Assembly (NCBI GenBank): GCA_000320545.1
Contig: ADNK01000289.1
Location: 1-48,967, forward strand
From: Bigelowiella natans CCMP2755
Lineage: Eukaryota > Protista > Cercozoa
Direction of reading: 5' to 3'
Length of the DNA: 48,967 nt
Shown: one piece after another, positions 11,476-23,910 of the stretch
Numbering within the stretch: the first letter of the stretch is position 1
How the letters are laid out: every line of letters starts with the position of its first letter
Notes under the pieces: model-generated
Seen by the model: only the letters and a program-made list of their open reading frames with translations
Told to the model about the DNA's origin: nothing
The model's database searches: none
Position numbers and translations under genes: made by a program

Positions 11476-12170
11476 TGCACACATGTGCACATGAGGATGC
11501 TCCCACCATGCAGATGGCGGAGCTCTTTGTTGAAGATCGACCACAGGCTGGCTAGCTGGAATGAGAGAGCTCGCATGCGCACATGTTGCAGCATGTACGC
11601 ACATAGCCACAGTAGGCACTCGCTCGATGTGCGAGATCTGCCACTCAGCCATGCCTGTGCACATGTGATGTGGGCATGGCATGCATTTCATCCACAGACA
11701 TCTGCCGTGCGCATGCACAAAGCATGCATGGGCTTCCCCTCTGCTTCAGCCATGATGAAGACGCAACAATGATCATCAACTGTCAATCAATCATGACACA
11801 ATGTTTGCCAGGAAATGTGCCATCTCACTCTGGCGGCTCGCCGTCAGCAGCTGTCCATGAGCAAACACGATGAAAACAGTGTCACACACACGTGCCCATG
11901 TGCTAGCTGTTAGTTGACTCACAGGGACTCACAAGTCCACATGCGTGTGCGCGTGAGAAACACACGTGCCCATGCACACCACATGCACTTGGAAAGCACA
12001 CGTGCTCTGTTCATGTCCACACATGCACCAAACAAGCTACGACACATGTGCCAAAATGTGCATCATTCAGGAAAGGAATCCATGCATGAGCAAAGCAAGA
12101 TGACAATCTCGAATGTTTCCAATGTCGGTCAGTCACAGCGGCAGCCACATGTAGCGCTTGACACGCCTAG
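11476..12170. other. TpA-depleted, TG/CA-rich island (hypermutated non-coding or decayed DNA)
   Basis: Hand count of 7 TA in 11476-12151, none in 11615-11903. Flanks are TA-rich. Confidence 0.8.
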
Positions 12171-12439
12171 TGAAGTGTCTGTAATTACATACCTCATTCT
12201 AGATGATTACCTAACATTATCTACAATGCAAGTGTTTGGAAGAAATCCGATACAGAGGCAATAGGCACACCGCCACCATTCGGTTTGCTCCAGTCCTCTC
12301 TTGACGATCGAGCGATTTCACTCACCCGAGAACAAGTACCATGGTGCGTGCCATTGTATGCCGTCCTAGTTCTTCAAATAAAAAATTGCGGCAAATTCAA
12401 GAAAGTCAACAGGACAGAAACCAAACAACAAATAGTTAA

Positions 12440-13427
12440 TTCATTCTCCTTCGGAGTTTGTTTTTTGCGGATTTTCTGAGCTTACAGCCACTGAGCGGTG
12501 GAAAATATTTCTTATTTTCCCGTCATAGCTGTAAGACTGTTGTGGCAATGCTCTCAAAATGTGGTCAGGACGTACGGAAGTGGACTTTTGCAAGGCGCAT
12601 CTAGGCCCCTTCGACGATGCCCGTCTATTTCAGCTGCTCTGAAACACATCGTCGTATATGGTGGGGGGACATTCCTCTCGTCATTGAGATCTACAGGGAC
12701 CTCCTGATGGTTTTTATTTGTTGATGGAGACAGACTCGGTATTATCTTTCGATGGAAACAGACGAAAAGGGAGGAAAGCAACAGTATCTAGCCTCTCCTC
12801 CCCCCCCCCCCTCCAATTCCGCCTCTTCCCTTCTGATTCTACAGACATAGCCATACATACTTGCGCGCAAGTCGTAAATATACCACAAAATACGAGATAT
12901 AAGCTGTTGCAGTACTACCTCGCCTTCGCCCTCTTTCTCCACCGAAGGGATAATAACCTAAACAGTAGCAGCGTCAACATGGCCATGATGGCATTCATTC
13001 CGGCGATTAGCCCCATTCAACCAGAACAGCAGACGATGGATAGTGCGGGTATGTTACCATGAGCTCAAATCCATGAGTCTTTGCCCATCTAACAATTTCG
13101 TCCACACCGAAGAACACACAATTATCAGCATTGAGAAGACGAGAGTTGTCGGATGAGTCGAGCAGGTTTACACCGACCGTCGGCATCTTTTCCAACTGTC
13201 GATTAGTGCGCGGTCATCATGACCATCGTAGTTGGACGGTATGAAAACCTGACCCGTAGTCAAAACGCAGGCATCCTCATCATCACAAAACACAGTTATT
13301 CTCTCCATCACAAATCATGCTAAGAAGCGACTCCTCCACGGGAATCATATCCTTCTCTGGTCTACCACTCGATGACGATGACGATGGCGACTAGCACTTC
13401 TCTGAAACTATTCGGTAGTCCCCCTAT

Positions 13428-13458
<31 letters not shown>

Positions 13459-14632
13459 GCAACTGCCTCATAGAAATGTGTGTTGCTGCGATGATACCTG
13501 GTGTATCCATCTTCCAGGGTACCGCTGCGAGAGGTGTTTGAACATCACAGCATCTACATGCAACCCTGCCATCCACTCCAGATTCTGCGATATCCAAATA
13601 CCGTGGATGTGGATGAAGTCATCAAATGCGACGTAGTCTAGCCTCCCGACCATCTAATGCATACAAAAGTTGACAAGTGTCAATCGAGGAGGAGGAGGAG
13701 GAGGAGAAGGAAGAGGAAGAGGAGACGGAAAAAAAGTGGAAAGTATTCGTTCTCTCTTCGCCAACGGAGCAATGGATGGTCTCTCCAAATTGGTGTTATG
13801 CAGGTCAGACTGCGTTCTTGCCCATTAAAGATTTAAGTAAGGATGCACTTTTTCGTTGGGTATCTCTTTCCAGTAGATCTGAGTTAACATGGATACGAAA
13901 GAGCCCCAGTCATTCAACTTGAAGAAGAGACTACTCGGTTATTATTATAACTCCACCTCCGCGTATATCTTGTCTCCGACGGGGCGGTTAGACTCCTATG
14001 AACAACGGTAGCAGTAGGGTAGCAAAACCATTGCTCATCATTATATCCAGCGATTCACGTGATACCGCTGTCGTCGTTTTAACATCACTTCGGGGTGATA
14101 TAACGACAAACGGTAACAGCATATGCCACATTGACTATTGCTCGCCTACCTCTCTAATTCTTAGTCTCGCATTTTGCAACATCTCGTCGCCGCCGTCGTC
14201 GTATACCTAAAGGTTTGCTGCATGTGAGCATCATTACTGTGCTATTGTAAAACACTTCACTCGTAAATAACCTTCCGGAATCGTGGGCTAGAGAGGATTT
14301 GGTATGCGTGCAAAATCCTGCGATATCTGCGCAAAGTGGAGAAATTCAGAAGGGATCCTGCAAGGGGCGGGGAAGGGGCTACCGTTTATTGCTGTGCGGA
14401 TTTTTAAGGTCTTTATCCGGGTGAAACCTAATAGGTTGTAGTGCTTTTGAGTTTGTGCTATATCGGATGGAGGCTTGACTTTTTCACACCTAAGGGAAAG
14501 AACACGAAAGGCCGATCGAATATCTTTGTCTGTGGCATCTGGTCTCAATCCCAGTGTCTGATACAAATCCGCTGGAGCAGAGTCAGAGACTCCAGGGGAG
14601 GGGCATCTGAATATTATTACCACGGTCATCAT
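12440..14632 (-). CDS. DnaJ (J-domain) protein, multi-exon, probable C-terminal TM segment
   Basis: DLYQTLGLRPDATDKDIRSAFRVLSLR spliced to FHPDK (HPD motif) then ILHAYQILS. Downstream exons include hydrophobic IAGMNAIMAMLTLLLFRLL near 12950-13010. Ends are approximate. Confidence 0.75.
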
Positions 14633-15237
14633 CCATAGATGTAAACTAACAGAAGTTTGGCGGAAAATTCGACCACTACCTATCTGCCCATCCGATCAGC
14701 AATGATAAAATTGTAACCAATATATGGGTCTCTTGAACCAGTGGTCCTTGCATGTGGACGACAGCAATCCGTTTGTGCGAAGAGGTTCTTCCAGGATCCG
14801 GCAGTAGGTTGTGCCTAGTCTAATGATCGGTGCGAGCTTAGCATCTCAACAACCTCCTACTTCCTCCCCTTCTCCTGATCGGTGATCATCCATAGATCCC
14901 TTTCGTCGGAAGGGGGATGGGCATCGTTGGCGTTTTTGTCGTTGCGACAAGTGCATTTCCATGCCTCATAATCAAAATATAGTGCATATTTTGTGGAGAA
15001 AGAAAGATTTCTGGAAGTTAAGTTGCTGTAAGCACCACCTACCTACTCACATTCGAAAAGACTCTCTCTTCGCTTCGTCAATACCGTGCGCACAATCCAG
15101 CAGAGTAGCATGAGTTTCGGTATGGATGAGAGTACGTAATAGGGTTCCCCTATATTTACAAGTAGGCTAGACGAGGATGGTATGTGTAGGAAATTGCGTT
15201 GTTTTGGGGGAAGCTGGAGAGACGTAATTTCGTAATC

Positions 15238-16000
15238 ATGTCTTCTTCGTCGGATACAATAGTGAAACCGGTGCCACCTGGGGGGAACGGAGCAGTTGTG
15301 CAGGGGATTCCAGTGGACGGAAATTTCCAGGGTATTCAGTTTAGAATCCGAGTTTCGAGCTCCGGGAGTTGGAACATCCATGGCACCTACACCGATGCAG
15401 GGTTAACTTCTACTGCCGACATGTAGGAATGAAATGGTTATGATTACTCGGCTTCTTTCTTATTAAAACCACAGAGTGATGAACGGCGTCGCTTTCTATC
15501 GTAGAGGCACGTCAGATTACTACTTATTTCGGGAAGCACGAGGATCACAAGTGAGAATTGCGAAACTACCTTCCTTTTGAAACTTATCTCTACATTGCCA
15601 ATCAGCACGTCTGGTGGTTGTCAAGATGGGCGAATAACCGTGAGGGGAAGCGAACAGACTTTTTTTATGTGAAGGTATCTTGATTTCTAAGTTTATTCCT
15701 CGTAAATTTACCCATGTGCTGAACAGAGCGAGACAACACTGCCCCCTAGCCGCGGATGGAGACGCAATCAAGATTGTGTCGGATGGAGGCCCTTTCCTCA
15801 GATTACAGTACTTAGAATTTGATCATAACACGAAAATGTCCGATATCTACATATTTTGTCAATATATTTTGTTTCACATCCTGTAGGTACGTCGAGTTGA
15901 TAACAATCAAGCCATACCTGTCCAGCAAGTAACAGATCAACAATATGTAGCACCAACTTCTCATACATCAGACACTGGAAGCGTTATATTTTGTTCTTTA
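15238..16000 (+). CDS. Hypothetical multi-exon protein
   Basis: Coding-like exons (MSSSSDTIVKPVPPGG..., CPLAADGDAIKIVSDGGPF) separated by short GT-AG introns. No family recognised. Confidence 0.45.
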
Positions 16001-16217
16001 ATGTAGAGTAGTTCCAATACACAAATGGCCTGCAATCAAAATTGCCGTAATCTTGTTAAAAACAAACACGTATCCGATCCAGATGGGAAAACAGCATGCA
16101 GCACCGCAATGGCTGGCGCATTTCTAGCTGCAAGCATGCCAAATTTATAATGTTATTCCGCCAAGGTATAATACGATGTTCTCTTACAATTATCATATCG
16201 TGCGTACACAGCATGCT

Positions 16218-16265
<48 letters not shown>

Positions 16266-16479
16266 TACTAGCTTGCACGATGCATCGCACGATACGCTAC
16301 ATGTTGTTGACATGTATGCCCATGCACATATACAGTACTAGCACATTTGGATTGGGTGTCATGCGCTCAAGCAGCTTCGCGTTGCATTGTAGTGAATATG
16401 TTATCATGATCTCTAATAATCTTGAAAACTTTTGCGTCTGCTACAATTGTCCTGTTATCTTTTGATTCGAAGCTTTCGG

Positions 16480-19450
16480 CGATCTAAGAACGCTGGCAGC
16501 ATATACTTCTGATTTGATATTCGATGAAAACTCTTGCATGGCCCTGCTCTGATACTGAAGGTCCCATGGTTTAGGCTCCTTGGTGTCTACTGTAGGGGGC
16601 CTGTGATTGATTTGTCAAAGCACATCAGTGAGAATAAAATCACATGAGAAATATTCACAAACCTTGACCGGCTCAAGGTTAGTCTCCGAAGAGCACTTGA
16701 CATTTCTTCTGCATTACGCTGAAAGTAAAGGTAGTAAAAGAAACGTTAGGATGAGCACAAAGGTAGGCCGAAAGAGAAAACCGCAAGCGTTTATGGAAGT
16801 GTAATGATGCCTTCTCCTCATAGTAGAATAAAGAAACCTTTACACTTAATTCTACGTCAATAGTTACTTTCTCCATCGGACTACTAGCTCGGACAAATTT
16901 TTGTGCGTAGGCAGCGGGATGTCCAGCTGACGGCTTTTGATAAGGAGGTGTAGTCGTGGCTTTGTCGCTCGTTGAGGATGCTGATTCCCACCCGTAGTCT
17001 TCGAACTCTTCCATCATCAAGAACTTCGGGATCATACGATAGCACGCTTCCTCCTGTTTTATGAATGAAATACAGATGTTGTCGTTACTACCCATACTGA
17101 TCGAGATATATTTATACAGGGAGCAGCTTGATAATACCAACTCAATTGGCAAATGACGCTTATTACCGAGAAATCGGCATTAGAATGTTCCGATGCCACA
17201 GAAGCAGCAGCAGAGAATGGCCTCCCCCGATTATTCCTACGCTTAGGTGTGATTCCTCCTGGGGATTTCATTTTGTCCTTTGGCGACGACGACGTGCTCT
17301 TGTGCCATGTGAACACTTTTTGAGGAGAGCTTGGCTCGGTTGGTGCAGCAAATCGGTTGGGTGTTGCAGCAAATCGCTTAGGTGTTGCAGCAAATCGCTT
17401 AGGTGTTGCAGCAAATCGATTTTTCGGTGACGCCATATTGCTACGCTTGTTTGGAGAACAACGCCGCGAAGCACTGATTGCCTGGTACGTAGGGCTCAAA
17501 TTTCTTGTGATTTGGCGCAGAGCTGTGGACGAAAGGTAAGAGGGTTGCTTCGAAGAGGAAAAGGTTCGCAAGGGGGATGTCATGGGGCGAGATCTTATGC
17601 TCGGTGACATACGCCTACTCAAGCTTTTCGGACTGAAAGGGGAGGCTGATCCGCTACCAGAGTTTCTAGTAGTTACAGACGACCCAACACCTACAAAAGC
17701 TGGAACTGATTTGCCCCGTTGAAAAGAAGCTATTTTCATTGTGGCAATCAAATCCTCCTTCTCTTTCTGCAGCTCGCTTTTGGGGGTCAACTCTTTTACT
17801 GGTGACACCCGTACCGTTGAGGCGTCACCGCGGAAGTCAAACTCAACGGGGGGGTTATATCTGCATATATTCAAAGTTAGATTTAGCGCTGGTTACTCGC
17901 ACTATATTAATAGAAAATTCCTAGGGCAATGATACGGTAGCTAGCAGTGCTTACTGAAGAAACACACTCTGGGATAAAAGCATTTTTCCACCCGGACAAA
18001 AGGGAGCGCAACTCACACTGATAATTACCTGGTACGGTGATGCGTATGGACTAAATCCAACCTGATTGAACATTCATGTAGAAGGTATTGAGCTCTGTAT
18101 GCTTTTGAGTCATATTATGCAGCACCACTAACCCCTCTCTCCTTTTGTATTGATTGTCTGGTACGACTGCTGGAATGTCAAAGTTCTTCAGTTGTCCCTC
18201 GGGCCTGCATACACCGCAACAAAATTCCTATTTTTAAGCTGTGACAACACATTCCAACAGCTTTTGCCTTCTTCAACTCTGTCTCAAGTATTCGCACATA
18301 CCAAACCGATTCAAGGTTGGGTTCTAATTGACATCAAAGCAAGCACACAACAGGAATTAAAAGAAATCGCATTACCTATTTGGTGCACGGAAGTCTGGTT
18401 CTTTTGGATCTTCATATTTAGTGCGGTGGTGAGTAATCGCGAGCTCCAGGGCATCGATTTTGCGCTGCTGCTTATCTGGGACCACCATCGACCTTTTAAG
18501 GCCTTTGAGGTTTGGATCTAGCTCCCTCTTCAGTATCTCCGATGGTGGTAACGGTTTCTCATACTAAGAGTTTATACGTATTAACTATCATATGTCGGAG
18601 ATGAAGACCAGTGATTCAAATTATATAAAATAATGCTTAATGGATACACCATACCTTAGAGTAAAGGGGCGTCACAGAAGCGTTTGCCGCTCGATACTTC
18701 AAGTGTTGGTTATCAGGATGGACGACGTCGACAAGAAAGTCCTCGTGCCTGATAATACTATTTAAGTCAATTCTAACAGTCTCTGGAAAGTTCTCCTCGT
18801 CATTTTGTTCGCTTAATATTTTATCGAGAACGACCCTTTTCTAAGCATGTCGTCATGGGACGCCGTTTCTCGAAATACATGGTCTTTCACCTCCTTTAAA
18901 AGTGGTCAATAGAGTGTAATTGGGCTATGTAGAGACAATGAATTAGGGCTATGGCAAAGACCTTTTTGAATTTTTCTGGCTCTCTTCTTTGGTGTAAAAC
19001 AGCGAGAGTTCGAACATCTTGATTGTGCACCTGTGCAAACCTGCCCGGAAACTTCCATTATGTACGGTTCATATCATAATAGCGATGCTCTTATCAAACA
19101 AGTCACCTAGTTTGAAATATGTCGTTCCTGTTTTGAAGTCTCTTCGGTCGAAAGACCAACTTCACTCTGGATCCTTTTGCCTCCTTACCAGTACGTCCGA
19201 AGCGTTGTTTTTGCTCGCGGTGTAGGAACCTCTTCATCAAACCCTCATTGTATCGCTTATCTGAAACAATTCACGTGAGAAATGGTCTGAAATTGCACCA
19301 GCGTCATGTACCATATCCTGGAGATTTGGAGCGCTTTGCTTTGCCCGTTGCCATGGCACTCTCAAAATTCGCCCCCCAACTTTTTGGCAGCAATAAGGAC
19401 AAAGAAGAGGATCCTCGATTCCGGATGTATCAGATCTACAAAGGCGTGCT
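16480..19450 (-). CDS. Hypothetical multi-exon basic, Ser/Pro-rich protein
   Basis: Long exon 17059-17874 is SP/TP-rich. Further exons include YEKPLPPSEILKRELDPNLKGLKRS and YNEGLMKRFLHREQKQRF. Boundaries are approximate. Confidence 0.55.
17345..17420 (-). repeat. 21-bp coding tandem repeat (FAATPKR, about 3.5 copies)
   Basis: GGTGTTGCAGCAAATCGCTTA repeated on the + strand. Confidence 0.9.
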
Positions 19451-20318
19451 ATTCTGAAGATTCCAAGCCCATGGAAACCTTAAGGGGGGGTCTCTCAGTA
19501 GGTGTGCTGTTCGTTCGGGCACACGAGGAAGAGGGCACCACAATGGATTTCCGAGGTTGGGGCGTTGGGGCGAGGTGTGCGAATTCGAATCCCGGTTTTC
19601 CATCATACTGCGTGCTAAATTAGAGGTCGTTTCTTGAAAATCGGAAATTCAGATCTCACACAGCACGACAATATTTCAGAATGGATATGCTGGAATCGGA
19701 TCTCATTAATATAGATATCATCTGTATATATACAACTGCGACATATTCATTTTATTGGATATTACCTTTGTAAGGGCGGTAGCCTCCCAAGGATTAGGAG
19801 ATTCTAGCTGAAAACCTGTGCAACGTGTAACCGCTGAAGCAGGAGGAAAAAGTGTTCGTCGAGTCGTACCAAAAAGCATGCAAACGGTATGGTTTAGATA
19901 AAATTTGAATAGAACTTTTACCATGATTTTGTTGAGTTTATTTTAGTAAAACTAGCAAAAAACTACATTGTAGAACCCAACGCAGCATCAAGTAAACGCA
20001 ATATTATACACGATAAATACCATTCATTTCTTGCCTGCATTGGGCCGAGATTATCGAGCCGTCCTGGAACCGATCCGCTCCCGTCGAAAACCATCTGCTG
20101 ATTGAAACGTCGTTGTTGTGCCTAACACTGGACACTGGGGAGGCTGGGTGGTCTCCCGTTTTTTCCGGAGTTCCACGCTGCTTGAGAACCTCCTGATAGG
20201 CCCGTCGCCATTCAATCGAAGGTGAAGAATCTAAGTTTACCCGTGTTAATGTGGTGTGAGCTAATGGTTTCTCGAACGATAACTCTCGCCAGAAATTCGA
20301 ACAAACAAACTACGAGTA

Positions 20319-21790
20319 GTGCAAAGGCACGTGAAGATGGGAGGGTTGTGCGTTTCTTGCTCTTGCAATCCCTGCCGTCCTGTTAGGACTAACATCCAGC
20401 TTAATGAATTAAAGGTAATATTACGGACGCAACACATCGTAGCCACACCGCTAAGTTTAAAGCAATCTATTAGACTTTATCTTAGTCGACTTGATGTTTG
20501 TATGAAGGATATGGATATCTTGCTGATACGAAGCTGCGCAAGTGTCGGTGGATTATCCATAGATGAAAGAGTTATTTCGGGCATGCACTTTGAGATGGGG
20601 AGCGTATACCACGACTTATACTCCCTTGATAAGTACAATAAAGTCGGCATTGTTGTGCTTCCCGATGACGAAAAGGAAGAACTTTCCACGGACAATATAA
20701 TGGTCACGATGGCCGAGCCCGACAAGATAAAAACCATCTCACTCAAAGAGGTACTGAAACATTGCTCTCAAGCTCAAAAGCATTATTCCCTTGTCTAACT
20801 TGGATACCCTACACAGTTACTATCCGAATCTTTGGATGTAGTAGTACGCCAGTTAGAGGTCGCCAACCCAGGAGGAGCAATCTATTCTGGAATGTTCGGA
20901 GGGCACACCGAGCTCAAGGAGCAGCCAAACTCTCAATCTAATACCACAATGAGCAGACCTGAGATGTTGGAAGAGCTCTACAGATTTATAGGCTCGACAA
21001 GAAAACCATATGGAGAGCCATCAAAAGGAAAGGACGCGCTCAAGCCAATGCTGGAATATATTGACGAGAAGTAACCACTCCTTTTTCCATGCCCGCAACT
21101 ATTTACTTACAGTATTGCTGTTACAGAATTAAATGCACAAAGGTATCCCAGGATGAAACAAACGAAATGAAGAGAATTTTAGACATAGCGGGAGTCGGCG
21201 ATCCATTGAAGGGACTAAGCTTCGGTAAAACTATTCTATGCATGGCTTATGGAGAGTGTTGTACAGCAGTGATATAACGAAAACTTTCTTCCATTCTCGG
21301 CAGACGACATTCTCAAAGTATTCGACCATATGAGAAGATCACGGACAATGCGAAATACATTTTCGGAAGGAGATGTACGCACGATGGCAACGATGCTCAA
21401 GGTCTTACATAGTTTGCACAAAATCTTTTGACAGGACTTGTTTCATCTTTTCAATCGAATGATACCAGGACACCGGTTATCTCTCCCGTGAGTCTTTTCT
21501 TCAATTTCACTCCGACGCATCCAATCGTTCTTTGATAGCGATGACACAGGTGATGCTGCAGTACAATGCATTTATGTAGATCCATTTGAAATGATTTGTT
21601 TCTCTAACTTTAGCCTGTCGAGCTGACCACAGGAGCATTTGTCAGTTTGGTCCTACAACGCCTAGGAGTCTTCCCAGAGCATTTTTTTTGCACACCTATG
21701 GAATTTTCTTTTGGGGGAATATCAGAAGAGCATATGATGGGTGCAGCATTAGGTCCTGAAAGAACGCTTGACGCGGAGAAATTTCACTGA
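20319..21790 (+). CDS. Hypothetical multi-exon protein
   Basis: Consecutive + strand exons (ORFs 20319-20798, 20832-21074, 21089-21277) joinable by about 50-60 nt GT-AG introns. May start near 19680. Confidence 0.55.
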
Positions 21791-22242
21791 AACACTTGTG
21801 GTCGTTGATAAACAAAGCTTCAAAAAATGTAAATTTAAGCAACTTTGCATAGTTTGCACGAGTGATATACTAGTCAATTCTATAGATGGATTGCGCACAA
21901 AAGCTATGCATGTTGGTTTTTTTTTGATACAGCGTTAAGGCACAGAAGCGGTGCATAATTAAGTATAATTTTCTGAGTAGCTCTTCCGCCTGCATGCGCA
22001 TCGCTAGCTCAGCATGAAATTAGCTCCAGCAACATGCTATGCACACATCGGTCATGTGACGGCGTGACCAAGTAGTAGAATCCGCAAACAAAAAAACCGT
22101 AGGCTGTGGTCCTCACAACATGACCGTTGCCGACACGCGCACGCACACGTACGTACACAAGCAACCCGTTCGGCGGTGGGGAGGTATGTATGTGTGTAGC
22201 GTTTAGCAACGTACACACCTATGTGTATGTATTTATCATTTA

Positions 22243-23140
22243 TCATCTGCCACCTGCCACACGAAGAATAGCTCCAGTGACATATGATGACACATCTGAT
22301 AGAAGCCAAAGCACAGGTCCTGCAACCTCTGCAGGACTCGCTACTCGTTGCATCGGTATGCTTGGAAACAAATCTTGAATACGATTTGGCCGGCCCATTG
22401 CTTTGTGAATATCTGTTTCTATGAGCCCTGGTGCAACTGCATTCACCCGAATATTGTTCGCCGCCACCTCTTTAGCCAGACCCATGGTAAACGTATCTAT
22501 CGCGCCTTTGCTTGCTGCGTACCACACATACTCGCCCGGACTTCCCAAAGTTGCGGCTCCCGACGAAATATTGACAATGTTTCCACCTAAGAAAAAGAAT
22601 AGGCGCACGATTAGATATTTCCCAGATTCAATAGCTGTCGTACCTCCGTGCTTTAAGTATCTCCGCACAGCTTCATGTGAGCAGAATATACTCCCACAGA
22701 CATTCACGTCTATTACTCTTTGAATGGTTTCTGGATCTGAATCTACAAGATTCGAACATATTCCTGTAATACCAGCACAATTAACGATATCGGTGACAGG
22801 TCCAAGTTGTGCTTCCGTATCATCGAATAGCTGGGATACCTGAGCGACCCGATGATGACACATTCGATCATAACGCAAAAGTGAATTGCACCTGTTTGTG
22901 GCAACTAACATCTGCCCGGATGGCCACAGCGTTCGATTGCTTCAATCGCATAGGACCGTGCTTCTCGAATGACTGGTTCATCGGCGACCTCCCCAAAATC
23001 TCCTTCACTAAGGCTTGAGCCTGAAGCTCATTCGACTGGAAATTGACACATACATTGAACCCTTGAGCATGTGCCAGACGAGACACAGCCGCTCCAATAC
23101 CTCTGCTACCACCCGTTACGATCAAACATCTATTAATCAT
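22243..23140 (-). CDS. Classical short-chain dehydrogenase/reductase (SDR), 3 exons
   Basis: TGGSRGIG, VNCAG, NISS, YAASK, IRVNAVAPG, SYVTG. GT-AG introns at 22840-22891 (52 nt) and 22587-22643 (57 nt, in frame). Confidence 0.93.
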
Positions 23141-23533
23141 CTTCTTCAATTGTGGGGGACGGATTACAAATCGTGCATACGTCCCGTCTGTTCCGTCGTT
23201 CGCCGTTTGTGTTGCGCCTTGTGTTCCGCGAACTTTCTCGATGGAGAGCACGAATTACGAAGAGCAGTGCGATTGTGGCATGCGACAGGGACAAATCACA
23301 TTTTTGATTAGATTGAGAAGAAAACCTCACAGTTTTACTTCATCGCATCCGAGCTGGAAGTGCTCATGTGAAATTCCCCTCCCACACCCGCACCTTCGTT
23401 CGTTCATGATAGACATGCAATACACTATATATGTAATATATATTGTATAATATGTATTGTGTATTGCTGTGTCTATTGTGTTCAATGCTAGTCCTCGCAT
23501 TCGTTTGGCCAACCACGCGCGATTTCACCAATG

Positions 23534-23859
23534 TGTTGCGCGTAAGGTGTTCACAGGCCGAGGCGCTACGTGCACAAGTAGGCAGGGGGGGGGAAAGGCA
23601 CGTTTGCTTCCTTTTGAAGAGTTGTGTTTATTTTTATTAAAGATTATATTTTTATTAAATCGTGCACTGCGTAATCATTCGCGAAGCTTTCGCGAATGCC
23701 GCCGCACGTGGGGCAGCACACTTCCGGTGTGCTGCCATGAGTCCCGCCGGAACCCACGTGCCTATGCTGTATTAATATCTACGTTATCTATATTCTATAT
23801 CCGCGACAACCCCTTTGTTGTCGCACGTGACTTGTGCCCGCGTAGTGGTACGCGCTACA
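23534..23859 (-). repeat. 3' LTR of copy B
   Basis: Identical by eye to 28924-29249 and to the reverse complement of 299-624. Confidence 0.97.
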
Positions 23860-23867
23860 CCTCCCCC
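23860..23867 (-). other. Polypurine tract of copy B
   Basis: GGGGGAGG on the minus strand, abutting the 3' LTR. Confidence 0.85.
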
Positions 23868-23910
23868 AAGTCACGTTGCTCCTTCCTTCCTTCCTTATTC
23901 CCTTAGACCT

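Noticed and set aside
23457-23906. ORFs of 118-149 aa overlapping the LTRs (also 252-629 and 28907-29263)
   Set aside because: They are antisense to the element, start in different flanking DNA in each copy and show no recognisable motif.
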